The translations under genes were made by a program, and so were the position numbers. Below the pieces are notes generated by a model. The model did no database searches, had not been told where the DNA came from, and worked only from the letters and a program-made list of their open reading frames with translations. From an uncultured cyanobacterium (GTDB taxonomy: Bacteria > Cyanobacteriota > Cyanobacteriia > Cyanobacteriales > Cyanobacteriaceae), in contig CAVQBA010000004.1 in assembly GCA_963710605.1 (NCBI GenBank), forward strand, positions 1,088,001 to 1,152,000: a stretch of 64,000 nucleotides of DNA, written 5' to 3'. Every line of letters starts with the position of its first letter. Positions within the stretch are counted from its first letter, which is position 1. Positions 1 through 11,223 of the stretch are shown piece after piece.

Positions 1-33
1 TTAAAATTTATTAACAAAATTAAATTATCGATT

Positions 34-1359
34 ATGTTTTTTCCTAACTTAAATTACCGTCAAAATAGGTGGCGTATTTGTATAACTTGGTTTCTTACAG
101 GTTTACTAACAGCTTTATTAATTAGTTGTGGTACTTCTACATCCTCAAATAGTAACGAAGTTGAGTTTTGGACGATGCAACTTCAACCAAAATTTAACAG
201 TTATTTTCAGTCATTAAATGAAGATTTTGAAACGAGTAATGCAGAAAGTAAAGTACGTTGGGTTGATGTACCTTGGAATGCGATGGAAAGTAAAATATTA
301 ACGGCAGTATCAGCTAAAACTGCTCCTGATGTGGTTAATCTCAATCCTACTTTTGCCACTCAATTAGCTACTCGTAATGCTTGGTTAAACTTAAACACAG
401 AAATTCCGCCTGAAGTACAAGAGCAATATTTACCCAAAATTTGGCAAGCGAATAAATTAGAAGTTTGTCAAAGTGAAACACAATGTGAAGAGACGACTTT
501 TGGCATTCCTTGGTATCTAACCACAACAATAACTGTTTATAATCAAGAATTATTTAATCAAGCTGGTATAAATCAACCACCACAAACTTACCAAGATTTG
601 GCAATTGTAGCTAAGGAGATGAAAGAAAAAACGGGTAAATACGCTTTTTTTGTTCCTTTAGTAACGAATGATTCTAGTGAAGTTTTACAATCTTTTGTGC
701 AGATGGGAGCGAGTTTGGTTGATGAAGCGGGCAAGGCGGCATTTAATTCACCAGAAGGTATTGAAGTATATAATTATTGGGTAAATCTCTACAAACAGGG
801 TTTATTGCCCCCTGAGGTGATGACACAAGGGCATCGTCATGCGATCGAATTATATCAAGCAGGGGAGTTAGCTTTACTTGGCACAGGGGCGGAATTTTTA
901 AAAACTATTGCTAACAATGCACCGACTATTTATGAGCAATCCGCAGTCAGCCAACAAATTACAGGGGAAACAGGTAAAAGAAATGTGGCTGTGATGAATC
1001 TAGTTATTCCTCGTGATACTGATAAAGCTAATGAAGCAATTAAATATGCTTTGTTTGTCACTAATTCAGAAAATCAATTGAATTTTTCAACTGAAGCTAA
1101 TGTTTTACCTTCCCATACTCAGGCGGTAGCTCAATATATTAGTAATCTAGAAGCTGATGATAGTCAAGATTTGTTGACAGAAGCCAGAAAAATTAGTGCT
1201 TTGCAATTAGATAGTGCTGAAGTTTTAATTCCACCGATGAAAGATATTAATCAACTTAAAAAAATTATCTATGAAAGTTTACAAGAAGCGATGTTAGATG
1301 AAAAAACTGTCTCTGAAGCGATCGCGCAAGCTGAGCAAAAATGGAACGAGAATAATTGA
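34..1359 (+). CDS. Sugar ABC transporter substrate-binding lipoprotein
   Basis: Lipobox LISC; family-1 SBP-like motifs (APDVV, GIPWY); 441 aa. Confidence 0.85.
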   Translation: MFFPNLNYRQNRWRICITWFLTGLLTALLISCGTSTSSNSNEVEFWTMQLQPKFNSYFQSLNEDFETSNAESKVRWVDVPWNAMESKILTAVSAKTAPDVVNLNPTFATQLATRNAWLNLNTEIPPEVQEQYLPKIWQANKLEVCQSETQCEETTFGIPWYLTTTITVYNQELFNQAGINQPPQTYQDLAIVAKEMKEKTGKYAFFVPLVTNDSSEVLQSFVQMGASLVDEAGKAAFNSPEGIEVYNYWVNLYKQGLLPPEVMTQGHRHAIELYQAGELALLGTGAEFLKTIANNAPTIYEQSAVSQQITGETGKRNVAVMNLVIPRDTDKANEAIKYALFVTNSENQLNFSTEANVLPSHTQAVAQYISNLEADDSQDLLTEARKISALQLDSAEVLIPPMKDINQLKKIIYESLQEAMLDEKTVSEAIAQAEQKWNENN

Positions 1360-1556
1360 TAATGGACAATTGACAATTGACAATTACGATCGAAATGACT
1401 AGTTTTTTTCTTACACCTCATCTTCAGTATCAGGATTTAGAGGATTTAGTGATTACAGGATTTTGATATTTTTGATTCAATTGTCGATTAGTATATAGCA
1501 ATTATCAGTATCATGAAACACAGACTAATCCCCCGCACATCCCCCTTAGAAAAGGG

Positions 1557-1722
1557 GAGGGCTGTTTCATTCTCGTTAGCCGTAAATAGCTAGAAGCTAT
1601 TACTACAAAACGATCGATTGATTTGGTTACATTGTATTTTTACTATTAGGAAAAAACTGCGATCCATTTACTGCTATTTCTTAGTTCTAAAAATGACAAA
1701 ATTTAAGAATGAATCAGCCCGG
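1557..1722. mobile_element. MITE with (C)AGGGCTGTTTCATT termini (ISAs1-like ends), copy 1
   Basis: Inverted ends agggctgtttcattct / agaatgaatcagccc; 12-bp direct repeat cttagaaaaggg on both sides; internal sequence shared with 30676-30883. Confidence 0.75.
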
Positions 1723-1823
1723 CTTAGAAAAGGGGACTTACTAATCTTAACTGTACTTCTTAACGATGATAAACGCTATGAATTTATTATCAATTTTTTA
1801 ATTTGAGTAAGAAATATCAATGA

Positions 1824-2477
1824 TTAATTAGCAAATAATTGATCCCAGTTTTTCTGGGGGGCATCTGGTTGAGCAACTATCTCTAAAATTTGGTTATTAG
1901 TTTCGGGATGAAAAAGAGATTCCACACAAACTTGAGCGACTTTAGTACGAGGAATTGAGCCTTCAAACAACGTATCTGCACTACTAACAACTATGGGATA
2001 TTGATTGTCTTCGTTTTTCAAACCCGCAGGGCGAACAATTGTATAATTTAAACCACTACTTAGTAAATATTCTTCTGCTTGTTTTTTCCAAAACAAAATT
2101 AAACCAAATAAGTTGAGCGGATGAAAAAACTTAGATACACATAAGGAAGTTACAAAGACAAATTTATCAATTTGCTTATCTTTAGCGACGTTAATTAAAT
2201 TTTTTGTTCCTTCACAATCTACTTTATAGGGGGCGGTCAAATCTATACTAGGAGTTGCTCCTGTTGCACAAATTACAATATTGCAATCGGCGATCGCACT
2301 TGATAAAGATTGAGGTTGCAACACATCCCCTATCACTAATTCGACTTGAGTTGGTAAAACTTCCTTTGCTTTGGTTTCGTCTCTGACTAATGCTCTTACT
2401 TCTATATTACGATCGACTAATTCAGTTACAATCCTTCTTCCTGTTTGCCCCGTTGCACCTGCTACAAATACTTTCAT
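1824..2477 (-). CDS. NAD(P)H-binding atypical SDR (NmrA/Ycf39-like) oxidoreductase
   Basis: N-terminal VAGATGQTG Rossmann motif; YTIVRP. Confidence 0.85.
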   Translation of the reverse strand: MKVFVAGATGQTGRRIVTELVDRNIEVRALVRDETKAKEVLPTQVELVIGDVLQPQSLSSAIADCNIVICATGATPSIDLTAPYKVDCEGTKNLINVAKDKQIDKFVFVTSLCVSKFFHPLNLFGLILFWKKQAEEYLLSSGLNYTIVRPAGLKNEDNQYPIVVSSADTLFEGSIPRTKVAQVCVESLFHPETNNQILEIVAQPDAPQKNWDQLFAN

Positions 2478-2671
2478 TTTTTTGATTAGATTTATTACTG
2501 TATCTCTTTATTTTACAAAACTTTACAATAATTTTACGAAGAGAATAATTACCGATTGTTTACCAATTAGTATTGAATACATAGATATATCTAATTATTA
2601 ATTATTCATTATTCATTATTGATTGTTCGTTATACTGATACAAAAACAAAAACGATATATTTCACCAACTA

Positions 2672-5260
2672 TTGACGATGAACCAAAACTACTATCTTGA
2701 TGCAGAGCCGAAAAAAAGTTTTGAATTACCTGGTGCTACACCTCATTATAATCCCGATCGTTACGGACAGGTTAAACACATCTGTCTTGATTTAGAGTTA
2801 GACATCAAAAAGCAAAGTTTTCAAGGTAGTTGTGCCATTACTCTCACTCCAGTCAGAAAAGATATTAGCAAATTAATATTAGATGCAGTCGATTTAGAAA
2901 TTGAATCGATATTAGTTGACAATATCAGTCAGCCTTTTACTTATGATGGAAATATATTAACGATTAATCTGCTTCAACCTACAACCACAGAAGATATTAC
3001 GATCGATATTTCTTATAGTAAAGAAAATCCTCAAAGAGGTTTATATTTTATCGCCCCTGATGAGAATTATCCTAACAAACCGACTCAAGTATGGACGCAA
3101 GGAGAAGATGAAGACTCTCGTTATTGGTTTCCTTGTTTTGATTACCCTGGGCAATTAGCTACTTCCGAAATTAAAGTAAAAGTACCTTCAGAATATACCG
3201 CTATTTCTAACGGTAGATTAGTAGAAGTAAAAAAAGGCAAACATAACAATACTTACCATTGGTTACAACCTCAAGTACATCCTACTTATTTGATGACTTT
3301 AGCTGTGGGTAAATTTGCGGTGATTGAAGACGAATGGAATGATATACCCGTGACTTATTATGTGGAAAAAGGTAAAGAAACCGAAGCTCAAATTAGTATG
3401 GGCAAAACACCACAAATGATCGAGTTTTTTAGCGAAAAATATGGTTATGCATATCCTTACCCTAAATACGCTCAAGTTTGTGTTGATGATTTTATTTTCG
3501 GTGGGATGGAGAACACTTCTACTACGTTGTTAACCGATCGTTGTTTGTTAGACGAAAAGGCTTCTATTGATAATCGTACAACCGAGAGTTTAGTAGCTCA
3601 TGAGTTAGCCCATCAATGGTTTGGTGATTTAGTAGTTATTAAACATTGGAGTCATGCTTGGATAAAAGAAGGTGCGGCTTCTTATGCTGAGGTACAATGG
3701 ACTGAGCATGAATATGGCGAAGATGAGGCGGCTTATTATTTACTAAGGGAAGCCAGAAGTTATTTACTGGAAGATTCTTCTCGTTATCGTCGTCCGATTG
3801 TAACTAATATTTACCGAGAAGCGATCGAATTATACGATCGACATTTATACGAAAAAGGTGCTTGTGTTTATCACATGATGCGGGGTATCTTAGGTGATGA
3901 GTTATTTGACAAAGCGATTCATACTTTTGTCAATGAGAATGCTCATAAAACCGTTGAGACAATTGATTTATTAAGAGCGATCGAAAAAAGTACTGGTTAT
4001 AATTTATCTCCTTTATTTGACCAATATGTCTTCCGTGGCGGACATCCTGATTTTAGCATTAGTTACAGTTGGGATGCTGATTCTAATCTAGCTTGTGTCA
4101 AAGTTAAACAAACTCAAGCCCAAGAAGAAGACGGTAAATTTAAAGATTTATTTAATCTCAAAGCACCTTTAGGTTTTGGTTATGTCAAAAAAGATAAAAA
4201 AGCGAAGCTAAATACAGTAACCTTAAAACTAAATCAACCTGAGCAAACATTTTATTTTTCCTTAGAAGAAAAACCAGACTTTATTAGTTTTGATGTCGGT
4301 AATTATTGTTTAAAAACTGTAAAATTAGAATACGGTTTTAGTGAATTAAAATCTCAACTTATACATGATCCTGACCCTATATCTCGTATTTATGCGGCGA
4401 TCGCCCTTGGGAAAAAAGGTAACTTAGAAACAATTAAAACCTTTAAAAAAGCTCTCAAAAAAGAAAAATTTTGGGGTGTAAAAGTAGAGATAATTAAACA
4501 GTTAGGAAAAATAAAACTTAATCAAGCAAAAGACGTTTTAATCGCTAATCTCAAAGACAAAAATCATACTGTCAGAAGGGCGGTTGTGGAAGCTTTAACT
4601 AACCACAAAACTATTGAGACTTATGAGGCATTGCACAAAATAGTAACAGATGGTGATGATAGTTATTATGTAGAAGCATCTGCTATCAGAGGTTTGACTA
4701 AAGTTATCACTTCTAATTTAGAAGAAAAGAAAACAGAAACGATCGAATTATTAGCCAAAATTTTAGAGGAAAAAAGTGGTTGGAATGAAATGATTCGCTC
4801 AGGTGCATTACAAGGGTTGAGTCAACTCAAAACCTCACCTGAAGCCGCAGAAATTATCATTAAATACACAAAAGTAGGCACTCCTCAACCATTACGCTTA
4901 AATGCAATTCGTTGTTTAGGTGCAGTGAGTCAAGGGCAAAAACCAGAGCAGTTAACTACCATTCTAGATACTTTCAATTCTTTCCTACCCGAAACTTTCT
5001 TTTTGACTCAAATTTCATTTATTGGCGGTGTATCGCAAATAGAAGACGCTAGAGCGATCGCTCTATTACAAAATTTAGCCGATACCACCCCCGATGGTAG
5101 AGTTAAACGTCGTGCCGAGGAAGCGGTTAATAAAGTCAGAAAGAAACTTAATAAAAATGGTAATTTAGAGGAATTGCAAACCCAACTTGATAAACTAAAA
5201 CAAGAAAATCAAGATTTACAAAGTCGGATTGCGAAGTTAGAAGAAACAGATTCAGGCTAA
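2672..5260 (+). CDS. pepN: M1 family aminopeptidase N with C-terminal HEAT repeats and coiled coil
   Basis: GGMEN and HELAH...E zinc motifs; HEAT-like repeats in C-terminal third. Confidence 0.9.
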   Translation: MTMNQNYYLDAEPKKSFELPGATPHYNPDRYGQVKHICLDLELDIKKQSFQGSCAITLTPVRKDISKLILDAVDLEIESILVDNISQPFTYDGNILTINLLQPTTTEDITIDISYSKENPQRGLYFIAPDENYPNKPTQVWTQGEDEDSRYWFPCFDYPGQLATSEIKVKVPSEYTAISNGRLVEVKKGKHNNTYHWLQPQVHPTYLMTLAVGKFAVIEDEWNDIPVTYYVEKGKETEAQISMGKTPQMIEFFSEKYGYAYPYPKYAQVCVDDFIFGGMENTSTTLLTDRCLLDEKASIDNRTTESLVAHELAHQWFGDLVVIKHWSHAWIKEGAASYAEVQWTEHEYGEDEAAYYLLREARSYLLEDSSRYRRPIVTNIYREAIELYDRHLYEKGACVYHMMRGILGDELFDKAIHTFVNENAHKTVETIDLLRAIEKSTGYNLSPLFDQYVFRGGHPDFSISYSWDADSNLACVKVKQTQAQEEDGKFKDLFNLKAPLGFGYVKKDKKAKLNTVTLKLNQPEQTFYFSLEEKPDFISFDVGNYCLKTVKLEYGFSELKSQLIHDPDPISRIYAAIALGKKGNLETIKTFKKALKKEKFWGVKVEIIKQLGKIKLNQAKDVLIANLKDKNHTVRRAVVEALTNHKTIETYEALHKIVTDGDDSYYVEASAIRGLTKVITSNLEEKKTETIELLAKILEEKSGWNEMIRSGALQGLSQLKTSPEAAEIIIKYTKVGTPQPLRLNAIRCLGAVSQGQKPEQLTTILDTFNSFLPETFFLTQISFIGGVSQIEDARAIALLQNLADTTPDGRVKRRAEEAVNKVRKKLNKNGNLEELQTQLDKLKQENQDLQSRIAKLEETDSG

Positions 5261-5553
5261 CTCATCTGACAATTAGCTATTTTTTTAGAGTTATCTTCAA
5301 TTAATTCTCTGTGATTGAGCCATAGTTGATTTAATTCAGATTGATTTTTTAAAATATAGCTAAATGAATTTATAACTGCACTTTTTATGTCGATTGAATT
5401 CTCCTCTTTGTAAGGGGAGATGCAAGAGGGGTTGGCGAAAGTAGAAGTAATCACAAATTCATTCGGCTATCGCTATTACCTCTAAGATTGTGGTGAAGCA
5501 TAACTAATCACTAAAATACTCAAAATCTTCCATTTTCCGAAGATAAAATCACC

Positions 5554-5568
5554 ATGCGATAATTGCAT
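5554..5568 (+). promoter_or_regulatory. Putative NtcB (LysR) box upstream of nirA
   Basis: ATGCGATAATTGCAT (AT-N11-AT inverted repeat) just upstream of the NtcA box. Confidence 0.6.
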
Positions 5569-5605
5569 CATCCTGATGTATATTATTAACGAAAATTGAA
5601 CTTTA

Positions 5606-5646
5606 GTAGTCCAAGTTACAAAAAATTAGCCTAAGCACTTTATAGT
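5606..5646 (+). promoter_or_regulatory. NtcA-activated promoter of nirA
   Basis: GTA-gtccaagt-TAC at 5606-5619, followed 21 nt later by TATAGT (TAN3T). Confidence 0.8.
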
Positions 5647-5757
5647 CTTAATGGTATGTAGGTAAATCGATCGTTACATATTTACTAAAAAATTAATATT
5701 GAGACATTAATATTCATATAGTTAATTTATTAAAAAAATCAAGAGGTTAGAGAGAGT

Positions 5758-7308
5758 ATGACCGTCGCCAGTGATCAAAAAAAATTTAAAATTAATAAAA
5801 TTGAAAAAATAAAACAAGCCAAACATGGCTTAGATGTCAAAGAAGAAATAGAAAAATTTGCTGAAATTGGTTGGGAAGCGATGGATGAAGATGATTTAGT
5901 TCATCGTTTAAAATGGTTAGGTGTTTTTCATCGCCCTGTAACTCCCGGACAATTTATGTTACGTTTGCGTACACCCAATGGAATATTAAGTAGTGAGCAA
6001 TTACGTGCTTTTGCTGATATCATTCAACGTTACGGTGATGATGGTGCGGCGGATATTACCACACGTCAAAACATTCAATTAAGAGGGATTCACATTGAAG
6101 ATGTTCCCGAAATTTTTGCCAAACTAGACACAGTTGGTATGACTTCGATTCAGTCAGGAATGGATAACGTTCGTAATTTAACAGGTTCTCCAGTAGCAGG
6201 AATTGACCCTGAAGAGTATTTTGATACTAGAGAATTGAATTACAAGTTACAAGACTTGATCACTAATAATGGCAAAGGCAACTACAAATTAAGTGATTTA
6301 CCTCGTAAGTTTAATATAGCGATCGATGGAGCGCCAGACAACTCTATCCATGCTGAATTAAATGACATTGCTTTTATTCCTGCATTTAAAGATGGTGAAT
6401 TTGGTTTTAATGTACTTGTAGGTGGTTTTCTCTCTGCCCAACGTTGTGCTGAAGCAATTCCGATGGGTGTTTGGGTAAATGCTAATGATGAAGTAGTGGA
6501 ATTAGGTTTAGCTATTCTAAAAGTTTATACTGAAAATGGCTTAACTGAAGGATTAAGAGCGAATCGAGGCAAATCTCGTCTGATGTGGTTGATTGATACA
6601 TGGGGAATCGAAAAATTCCGTGATGAGATTGCAACTGAATTAGGATATGAGTTGAAATCGGCGGCAACTAAACACGCCATGACTATGGATAAACGTGATC
6701 ATTTAGGTGTTTATCCTCAAATACAAGACGGTTATAGTTATGTTGGTATTCATGTGCCAGTAGGACATTTACAAGCTGAAGACTTATTTGAAGTAGCTCG
6801 TTTAGCTGAAGTTTATGGTACAAGTGAAATTAGGGCTACCGTTGAGCAGAATTTTATTATTCCTCATGTTGCTAATGATAAAATTGAGGCATTATTAGCT
6901 GAACCTTTATTAGAACGTTTTACGATCGCACCTAATACTTTAAATCGTTCTTTAATCTCTTGTACAGGCTCTCGTTATTGTAATTTTGCCTTAATTGAAA
7001 CCAAACAAAGAGCCGAAAAACTAGCAAGAGAATTAGATGCGGAGTTGAATATACCCGATCGAGTACGTATTCACTGGACAGGTTGCCCAAACTCTTGCGG
7101 ACAGGCTCAAGCAGGTGATATTGGTTTGATGGGTACAAAAGCCAAAAAAGATGGTAAAGTCACCGAAGGGGTAAAACTATTCACAGGTGGAAAAGTTGGT
7201 AAAGAAGCTAGTTTAGGTACTCTCAAAGAAAAAAGTATTGCCTGTGATGATCTTAAACCAATTTTGAAAGATTTACTTATTTCTGAATACGGTGCAACAG
7301 CTAGATAG
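5758..7308 (+). CDS. nirA: Ferredoxin-nitrite reductase
   Basis: ITTRQNIQL, LPRKFN, CTGSRYC and WTGCPNSCGQ siroheme/4Fe-4S motifs. Confidence 0.95.
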   Translation: MTVASDQKKFKINKIEKIKQAKHGLDVKEEIEKFAEIGWEAMDEDDLVHRLKWLGVFHRPVTPGQFMLRLRTPNGILSSEQLRAFADIIQRYGDDGAADITTRQNIQLRGIHIEDVPEIFAKLDTVGMTSIQSGMDNVRNLTGSPVAGIDPEEYFDTRELNYKLQDLITNNGKGNYKLSDLPRKFNIAIDGAPDNSIHAELNDIAFIPAFKDGEFGFNVLVGGFLSAQRCAEAIPMGVWVNANDEVVELGLAILKVYTENGLTEGLRANRGKSRLMWLIDTWGIEKFRDEIATELGYELKSAATKHAMTMDKRDHLGVYPQIQDGYSYVGIHVPVGHLQAEDLFEVARLAEVYGTSEIRATVEQNFIIPHVANDKIEALLAEPLLERFTIAPNTLNRSLISCTGSRYCNFALIETKQRAEKLARELDAELNIPDRVRIHWTGCPNSCGQAQAGDIGLMGTKAKKDGKVTEGVKLFTGGKVGKEASLGTLKEKSIACDDLKPILKDLLISEYGATAR

Positions 7309-7574
7309 TTAAGAGTTAAGAGTTAAGAGTTAAGATTTTAGTTTTTCTTTCTCTTTATCTGTTTAAACCACCCCTAACCCGTTTTTTTAAATACCTTTAC
7401 CTGAGTGAAGACTGAAGTCTTTCTTCATCGGTTTAAACCACCCCTAACCCCTCCTTTAAAGGAGGGGAATTTATTTCGGGAATGTTTTATTTAATAAGCT
7501 TATTATCTGTTATTTGTATAAGTACCGATCGCTATATAATGAGAAGATTAATCAGACCTTTAAGTTAATTATTT

Positions 7575-8510
7575 ATGCGTATTTTGATAATGGGGGGGAC
7601 TCGTTTTATAGGTGTTTCTCTAACTAAAATTTTAGTTGCTCAAGGACACGATGTCGTTCTTTTTAATCGTGGTAACAAATCAGCACCCGTAGAAGGAATT
7701 AGCCAAATACATGGCGATCGAAAAAACGCATCTGAGTTAAAACAGAAGTTAGCAAAAGAAAACTTTGACGTTATCTTTGATAATAATGGTCGAGAATTAG
7801 CCGATACGCAACCATTAGTTGAATTATTTAACGGTAAAATTAAACATTTTGTCTATGTTAGCTCAGCAGGAGTCTATTTACCTTCAGCTCAAATGCCCCA
7901 TATAGAAGGAGATAAAGTCGATCCAAATAGTCGTCATAAAGGTAAATTTGCCACTGAAGATTATTTAAAAGAGCAAAACGTACCATTTACTTCCATTCGC
8001 CCTGTTTATATTTATGGTGCGGGGAATTATAATGATTTAGAAGCGTGGTTTTTCGATCGATTAGTTAGAGATAAACCTATTTTAATCCCTTCAGGTGGTA
8101 TGCACTTTACTCAACTTGGTCATGTTGAAGATTTAGCCCAAGCGATGGCGGCAGTAATTGGTAATGAAAAAGCGATCGGACAAATTTATAACATATCAGG
8201 CGATCGTTATGTTACATTTACCGGATTAGCAAAGTCTTGTGCCGAGGCTGTCGGTAAAAATCCAGACGAGATTGAGATAAAATATTATGAGCCTAAATCC
8301 TTTGATTTTGGTAAGAAAAAAGCCTTCCCCATGAGAGTACAACACTTTTTTGCCGATATAAATAAAGCGAAAAATGAATTAGATTGGCAACCAAAATATG
8401 ATTTAGTTTCTGGCTTAAAAGATTCCTATCAAAATGGTTATCTAGTTGAAGGCGGAGATAAAAAAGAAATTGACTTTAGTTTAGATGAAGAAATTTTAAC
8501 TAAAATATAA
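7575..8510 (+). CDS. NAD-dependent epimerase/dehydratase (CSP41-like)
   Basis: GGTRFIG; DNNGREL; RPVYIYG. Confidence 0.85.
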   Translation: MRILIMGGTRFIGVSLTKILVAQGHDVVLFNRGNKSAPVEGISQIHGDRKNASELKQKLAKENFDVIFDNNGRELADTQPLVELFNGKIKHFVYVSSAGVYLPSAQMPHIEGDKVDPNSRHKGKFATEDYLKEQNVPFTSIRPVYIYGAGNYNDLEAWFFDRLVRDKPILIPSGGMHFTQLGHVEDLAQAMAAVIGNEKAIGQIYNISGDRYVTFTGLAKSCAEAVGKNPDEIEIKYYEPKSFDFGKKKAFPMRVQHFFADINKAKNELDWQPKYDLVSGLKDSYQNGYLVEGGDKKEIDFSLDEEILTKI

Positions 8511-8790
8511 TTGAGACATCGCCTTATATAGTAATTTCAAATAAAAACCAAGCATTTTAATGTAGGGGTGCAAGGTTTGCACCCGTTGGTATAGTCATTT
8601 AAGAAAAGAATTGAGACAGTAATAATAATCTTAAAAATATCACTCAAAAACCCGTCTTAGGTATAAATTACATAACAATAACAATTATCAACTTTCATGG
8701 CTAAATAGGGAACAAGATTGACCTTTTGTTGTTCAATAGAAGTTATAAGCCTGATCAAATTGATTTTTTTATTTAAAAATTATTATCCCC

Positions 8791-10650
8791 ATGAAACTGA
8801 ATACACCATTTAAGTTATTCTTGTTGTGCTTTTTTTTTGCATCCTTTAATGTGGTGATGGAAACGAATTATCCTCAAATAATGGCTCAATCACAGGAAAA
8901 AACGATCGCCTCAAATACTGAATTAAAAATCATTAATCAAGGCAAACAAGTTTTAGTGAATGGTAAAAAAGAAAATTTAGCTTGGATACAGTGGCAAGAA
9001 GGAAAAACTATCCGCACAGGTGTTAGTGACATGGGGGCAGAAGAAGTATTAGGGATTGAGTTACTTGGCTCGATTGTACCTAATGAGCAATCTGTACGTT
9101 GGTTTAATTATAGTAGTACTTTAGATACTAAATTTGCTAATCCTTATCGTTATCTAGATTTAACTAATCTAATTCAAAGCACATCATTACAAGCGGTTGT
9201 AGAAGGGCAATTTTTGAATTTAGATATGCCCTCAACTCAAGTAACCCAAGTTTATGAGCAAAAGTCTTTTGATGGTAATAAAAAAGTTGTTATTGAATTA
9301 GATCAACCTAGTTTCTTTAAAGTCAGTCAAGGAAGAAAACAAGGATATATTATTATTAAAGGTAAATATAACCAACCTGTTTTAGATAATTTATTAGATT
9401 TTAATGATCCTGTCAATAATACTCCTTTAGCTGAAGATGAAGAAGGAGATAAAATTATTGGTAATGAAGAAGAAAATATATCTTTATTTAAAGTTACTCC
9501 TAAAGGTGATGAGGAAACAGTAGTAACCGTTAATTTGCCTTTAGGTAGTAATATGAAAGTCACTTCAACTCATCCTAATTTACTGGTAGTTGATTTAAAA
9601 CTTGATGTTGTTACGCCTAGAGAAATTAGTTGGCATGATGATATTCTTCTTAGTCGTCAATATATTCGCCCACTCAATAATCCTGATATTTTTTTAGTTT
9701 CCGCACTTACTTTAAATACACCAAAAAACAATCTTATTCTCCGTCCAATTTTACCTAATTCAGATACAGTAATTGGTGCTTCGCCACTTAAAACGATGGG
9801 TAGTGATTTAAATATTATTGCTGGAATAAATGGTGGTTTTTTTAATCGTAATAATCGCTTACCTTTGGGTAGTATTAAAGATAATAATAATTGGTTATCA
9901 GGACCTATTTTAAATCGTGGAGTGATTGCTTGGGACGATCAAGGTAATTTTAAAATCGATCGTTTACAGTTAGAAGAAGTAGTTACTATCAATAATTCTC
10001 AACGTTTATTTAATAACTATCTCAATAGCGGTTATGTCCAAAAAGGTACAGCTCGTTATACTTCTGCTTGGGGTGAAAATTACACTAGTTTAAGCGATCG
10101 AGAAACAATTTTAGTCATTAAAAATAATCGAGTATTTGATAAAATTATTAGTAATAAAGCTGGAGATACTTCTGTTCAAATTGAACCAAATAGCTATTTA
10201 TTAGTATTAAGAAAAACGCCTGAATTAGCAGAGACAATTAATATTCAAGACCAAATTGAACTAAATAGTTTTACTTTTCCTCGTGAATTTGCCGATTATC
10301 CTTATATGATGGGTGCAGGACCATTACTGGTGTTAAACCGTCAAGTTGTGTTAGATGGAGAAGCCGAAAAATTTAGTAAGGCTTTTAATCAACAAAAAGC
10401 ATCTCGTAGTGCGATCGCAATTAATCAGCAAGGAGAAGTATTATTAGTAGCTGTTCATAATCGAGTTGGTGGTGCAGGACCTAGTTTAAATGAATTAGCT
10501 AATATACTCTTAGAAATGGGAGCAGTTTCGGCTTTAAATTTAGATGGCGGTAGTTCTACACAAATTTATTTAGGTGGGGAGATAATCGATCGTGCTTCGG
10601 CTACGGCGGCAAGGGTAAACAACGGGATAGGTGTGTTTTTGAAAGAATAA
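8791..10650 (+). CDS. Phosphodiester glycosidase (NAGPA) family secreted protein
   Basis: INGGFF, GAGP, RSAIA and ALNLDGGSS motifs; signal peptide. Confidence 0.85.
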   Translation: MKLNTPFKLFLLCFFFASFNVVMETNYPQIMAQSQEKTIASNTELKIINQGKQVLVNGKKENLAWIQWQEGKTIRTGVSDMGAEEVLGIELLGSIVPNEQSVRWFNYSSTLDTKFANPYRYLDLTNLIQSTSLQAVVEGQFLNLDMPSTQVTQVYEQKSFDGNKKVVIELDQPSFFKVSQGRKQGYIIIKGKYNQPVLDNLLDFNDPVNNTPLAEDEEGDKIIGNEEENISLFKVTPKGDEETVVTVNLPLGSNMKVTSTHPNLLVVDLKLDVVTPREISWHDDILLSRQYIRPLNNPDIFLVSALTLNTPKNNLILRPILPNSDTVIGASPLKTMGSDLNIIAGINGGFFNRNNRLPLGSIKDNNNWLSGPILNRGVIAWDDQGNFKIDRLQLEEVVTINNSQRLFNNYLNSGYVQKGTARYTSAWGENYTSLSDRETILVIKNNRVFDKIISNKAGDTSVQIEPNSYLLVLRKTPELAETINIQDQIELNSFTFPREFADYPYMMGAGPLLVLNRQVVLDGEAEKFSKAFNQQKASRSAIAINQQGEVLLVAVHNRVGGAGPSLNELANILLEMGAVSALNLDGGSSTQIYLGGEIIDRASATAARVNNGIGVFLKE

Positions 10651-10672
10651 AAGTCAAAATTTAAGAACATGA

Positions 10673-10887
10673 CGATCGAGAATATTACCTTACAAACAGT
10701 CATAGCTGACCGAACATGACCAATAATCGGCAAGATTACCTGTTAATTTATGGGATTTTAAAGAAGGAGTAAAAGGGTAATTTTCTAATAAGTCTAATAC
10801 TGCTAGTATCCTATTCTTCAACTGAGAATTCTTTTTTATTACACGTTTAAAAGCCTTTTTGAACTTCTTTTCAACTATTAACTTCAT
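10673..10887 (-). pseudogene. YafQ/RelE-family toxin, frameshifted and 3'-truncated
   Basis: LKSHKLTG...WSCSVSYD; frame breaks and similarity ends at CGATCG 10673-10678. Confidence 0.7.
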
Positions 10888-11108
10888 TCTTCTTCATCTG
10901 CTAATAAATAAGCTTTTACTTCTTCAGCAGTTTTTGGTTTTATCTTACCTTCTTGAAATTATTTAATAGTAGCTTGAGCGTTATTTGCTATTTCTAAACG
11001 TCGTTTTTCAATTCGTCTTTTTTTGATCAAATCAAATAAATAATCTTGATCTTCTAGAGGTAAATTCTCAATAGATTCTATAATTTCCTGAAAAGAGACG
11101 ATCGTCAT
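10884..11108 (-). pseudogene. Antitoxin with internal stop
   Basis: MTIVSFQEIIESIENLPLEDQDYLFDLIKKRRIEKRR...TIK*FQEG...; TAA at 10959-10961; ATGA overlap with the toxin start. Confidence 0.7.
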
Positions 11109-11223
11109 TTTATTGTATCTCCATTTTTAAATAATTTTAATAATTTATTTATTGTTTAGACAAGTTTCACCCAAATCGTTCTTTTAATTATAAATTTGAT
11201 TCTTTTATTTTTACTTAACTAAC

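Noticed and set aside
1618-1806. 62-aa ORF, and similar short ORFs at 19919, 32191, 44434 and 55700
   Set aside because: They fall in MITE, repeat or AT-rich intergenic DNA with no recognisable protein features.
5257-5454. 65-aa ORF divergent from nirA
   Set aside because: No recognisable family; it may be a fragment, and I cannot support a call.
7308-7335. Heptamer tandem repeats (GTTAAGA; also CAATTGA near 1367)
   Set aside because: Ordinary cyanobacterial short tandem repeats.
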